Assembly (NCBI GenBank): GCA_009602725.1
Contig: WELB01000022.1
Span: 157,708-210,550 of the forward strand
Origin: Spirogloea muscicola
Taxonomy: Eukaryota
Length of the DNA stretch: 52,843 nt
Reading direction: 5' to 3'
The notes beneath the pieces are model-generated. The model made no database searches and was not told the origin of the DNA. It was given only the letters and a program-made list of their open reading frames with translations. The position numbers were made by a program, and so were the translations under genes. Below are positions 50,612 to 52,843 of the stretch, piece by piece; within the stretch, counting starts at the first letter, position 1, and each line of letters starts with the position of its first letter.

Positions 50612-51387
50612 ACTTGCTGCAGCTGAGGCCATGACTATGCTCGCCGGCGCTTTCAGCGGTGCGCGAGTGTTGAGGCCCTGCCAGAGTGCAGCAGCTCACG
50701 AGGTCTTTCGCAATCCTTAATTTGAAATCATCTTTGCAGGTGTGTTTAGCTGGGAAGTAAATAGATAGTGCTGGTCCATGTAGTCACTGACAAGCAGGCT
50801 TAAGCTGCTGGGGCTGGCTGGAGCCTCTGTCGCGAGTCTCACATAGGAGTCGAGCAGGGGACCGCTCCAACTATGCAACAATACCCTTAGCTGCAGATCG
50901 GTGCCTGCAGGGAGGAGCCAGGGCAACGAGCACTGGCATCGTTTTGACGGACCACCACTTTAGCGGGCGCCTGACGATTACGTTGTGCCCAATGGTAGTG
51001 GAGAAGCAGTCCAACAGATGGAGGGCTGCATGGTCCTCATCTTTTACACTTTACGGGATCATACAGCAGCTCTGTCTGTCCATGTGCTCTTGAATGTTGA
51101 AATCTCAACTCTCAGCTCGACGGGCTGGCAGGCTGGAGGGTATGCTTGCGGCCAGCGCATGACAGTGCACCTTCACAAGCACGCATCTTCAGTCAACCGT
51201 CTCACTCTGAGGAATACGCGGCAGTGCAGGGAAGGCGCCGGAGACCAGAAGGCCCCCTGCGCATCCAAGGACTGCCCAATTGCACAACTGCTCCTCACAG
51301 CTGACAGTAGCAGCCCATTTCCAAGTGTGCGCTGCCGTTTTGGCACCAGGCCGTTCTTCGCTTTCTCCGCGAGTAATGGAATGCCAG

Positions 51388-52843
51388 TCAAGAGGGGTCC
51401 CGGTTGGAGGCAGCAGTGCTGCGGCTGACGGTCTGCACAAGCCGGGCGCGCACGCTCCCCCATTCCTGCCGTCGGTCCATGCTGCCTGCGCGGATGCGGT
51501 ACTCAAGTTCTCCGCGCCACTGCAGGCGCTGGAAGATCATGCCCAGAGCACCGCCGGGCAGGTCCTGTGCCCACAGGAAGTGGCGCTGCGCAGCCGCGAC
51601 GTGTTGCTGGTACTCGCGCAGCCGCGCGGGGTCTTGCAGCAAGGCGTCGAGGCGCGCCTCCAGCGTGCCCACCTCGCTGGGGTCGATGTTGATGCTGATC
51701 TTGGACCAGTCTAGCTCGTCCTGGAACGCGTGATCGTTCTGCCGCAGGAACGTCACTGCAGGGAGGCAAAGGACATCATCAGCGGGCGTGAATGGCGCCA
51801 CAGCGCGGCGGCTCCGGGGAGTCTCGGCAACCAAGTGCCCCCAGCCTTACCAGGTATGCAGCCGCAGAGGATGGCCTTGATGGGGCGCATGGTCCACTGA
51901 GAGTGGCCCGGTGGCGAGATGCAGAACTTGGCGCGCCGGTAGTCCTCGAGCGTCGCGGCATCGTCCTTGACCGCAAAGGACCAGGCGCGCTGCTTGTTGT
52001 CGACGCGGCGCTCACTGCCGGCGAAGAGGTCGTACAACTCGGCGCGCGTCTCGTGGCCGTGGTGGCGCACGGGCATGCCGTGGTGGTGCTGCGGCGCGAA
52101 CCGGAAGACGGCGGTGAAGGGGCGGGGCCCGTCCCACGGCGCCCGCGGGCGCAGCGCGGCGGGGTGCAGGAAGGGCGGGATGACAATGTCGCGGTCCGGG
52201 CGGTAGCACGGGATGTCGGGCAGCGCTAGCACGGAGCCGTTGGGGCCGGCGACGAGGCCGAGGCCGAGGCCGAGGCCTCCCGGCGGCGGCCGGTGGTTGT
52301 ACGCCACGGCCTGCAGCGTGCGGTTCGGGTGGGCGTGCACGGAGCGCGCGAGCTTGTCTCCGTTGAGCTGCAGGAAGAACATGTCGGCGTACAGCGACGG
52401 GTCCGCAAAGGTGAGCGCGGTGCAGCGGCCGTGGTCCATGGTGAGCACGGCGAAGTGGTCGCGCCCGGCGGTGCGGTTGAAGAAGGGCCAGCGGGCGCGC
52501 ACGGTGCGCAGCACCTCCTCCAGCGCCGCGGACGTGCCGCCGACGGCGTCGGCCATGTTGGCGTCCCAGTCGCGGTAGCGCGCGAGCGTGTGGAAGGCGG
52601 CGTAGAAGGAGACGAAAAAGAGCGCGGCGTCCTCGGGCGCCGTGGTGCGCAGCGCGTTGCTGCGCGCCAGCGCCTCGTGCACCGCGCGCTCCCCGTTGTA
52701 CTGATCGCTCCACCACGCCGGCTGCGGCCCGCCGCGCACGCCCGCCGTCCACTCCACGCCCAGGTCGTACACGTACACGAACCGCCGCAGCTCGCCGCCG
52801 CCGCCGCCGCCGCCGCCGCGGCCGCCGGCGGCGGCGATGGCCC
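51388..52843 (-). CDS. Exostosin-like glycosyltransferase (GT47); 5'-partial, with one intron at about 51758-51850
   Basis: FVYVYDL; RTTAPEDAALFFVSFY; WPFFNRTAGRDHF..DHG; CYRPDRDIVIP; YRRAKFCISPPG..AILCGCIP|VTF..FQDELDWSKISI. Stop at 51388. The frame runs off the window end. Confidence 0.9.

Overview
This is gene-dense, intron-rich eukaryotic nuclear DNA from the green-plant lineage. A streptophyte alga is likely, but that is inferred from plant-type domain architectures, GC-rich 5' exons and a TTTAGGG remnant. Nine spliced genes can be reconstructed by eye: an ATX1/2-like trithorax H3K4 methyltransferase (+), tubulin-folding cofactor B (-), an FMO1-like flavin monooxygenase (+), a GH28 polygalacturonase (-), nucleolin (-), an AVT1-like amino-acid transporter (+), VPS15 (+), a Kelch-type acyl-CoA-binding protein (+) and a GT47 exostosin-like glycosyltransferase (-, 5'-partial). 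The main non-genic signal is three dense stacks (about 10.3-13.4, 22.9-24.1 and 43.3-45.0 kb) of 5'-truncated 3' ends of a non-LTR retrotransposon with a restriction-like endonuclease, resembling the CRE clade. At least 11 copies of its C-terminus (consensus L-x-R-G-Y-stop) are visible. The copies share a conserved ~85-nt 3' module that can be drawn as a three-helix RNA junction with apparent compensatory changes. This module also occurs solo, in multimers and with an exchanged terminal hairpin. Exon boundaries were read manually from GT/AG signals and recalled homologous motifs; no database search or RNA-folding program was run.
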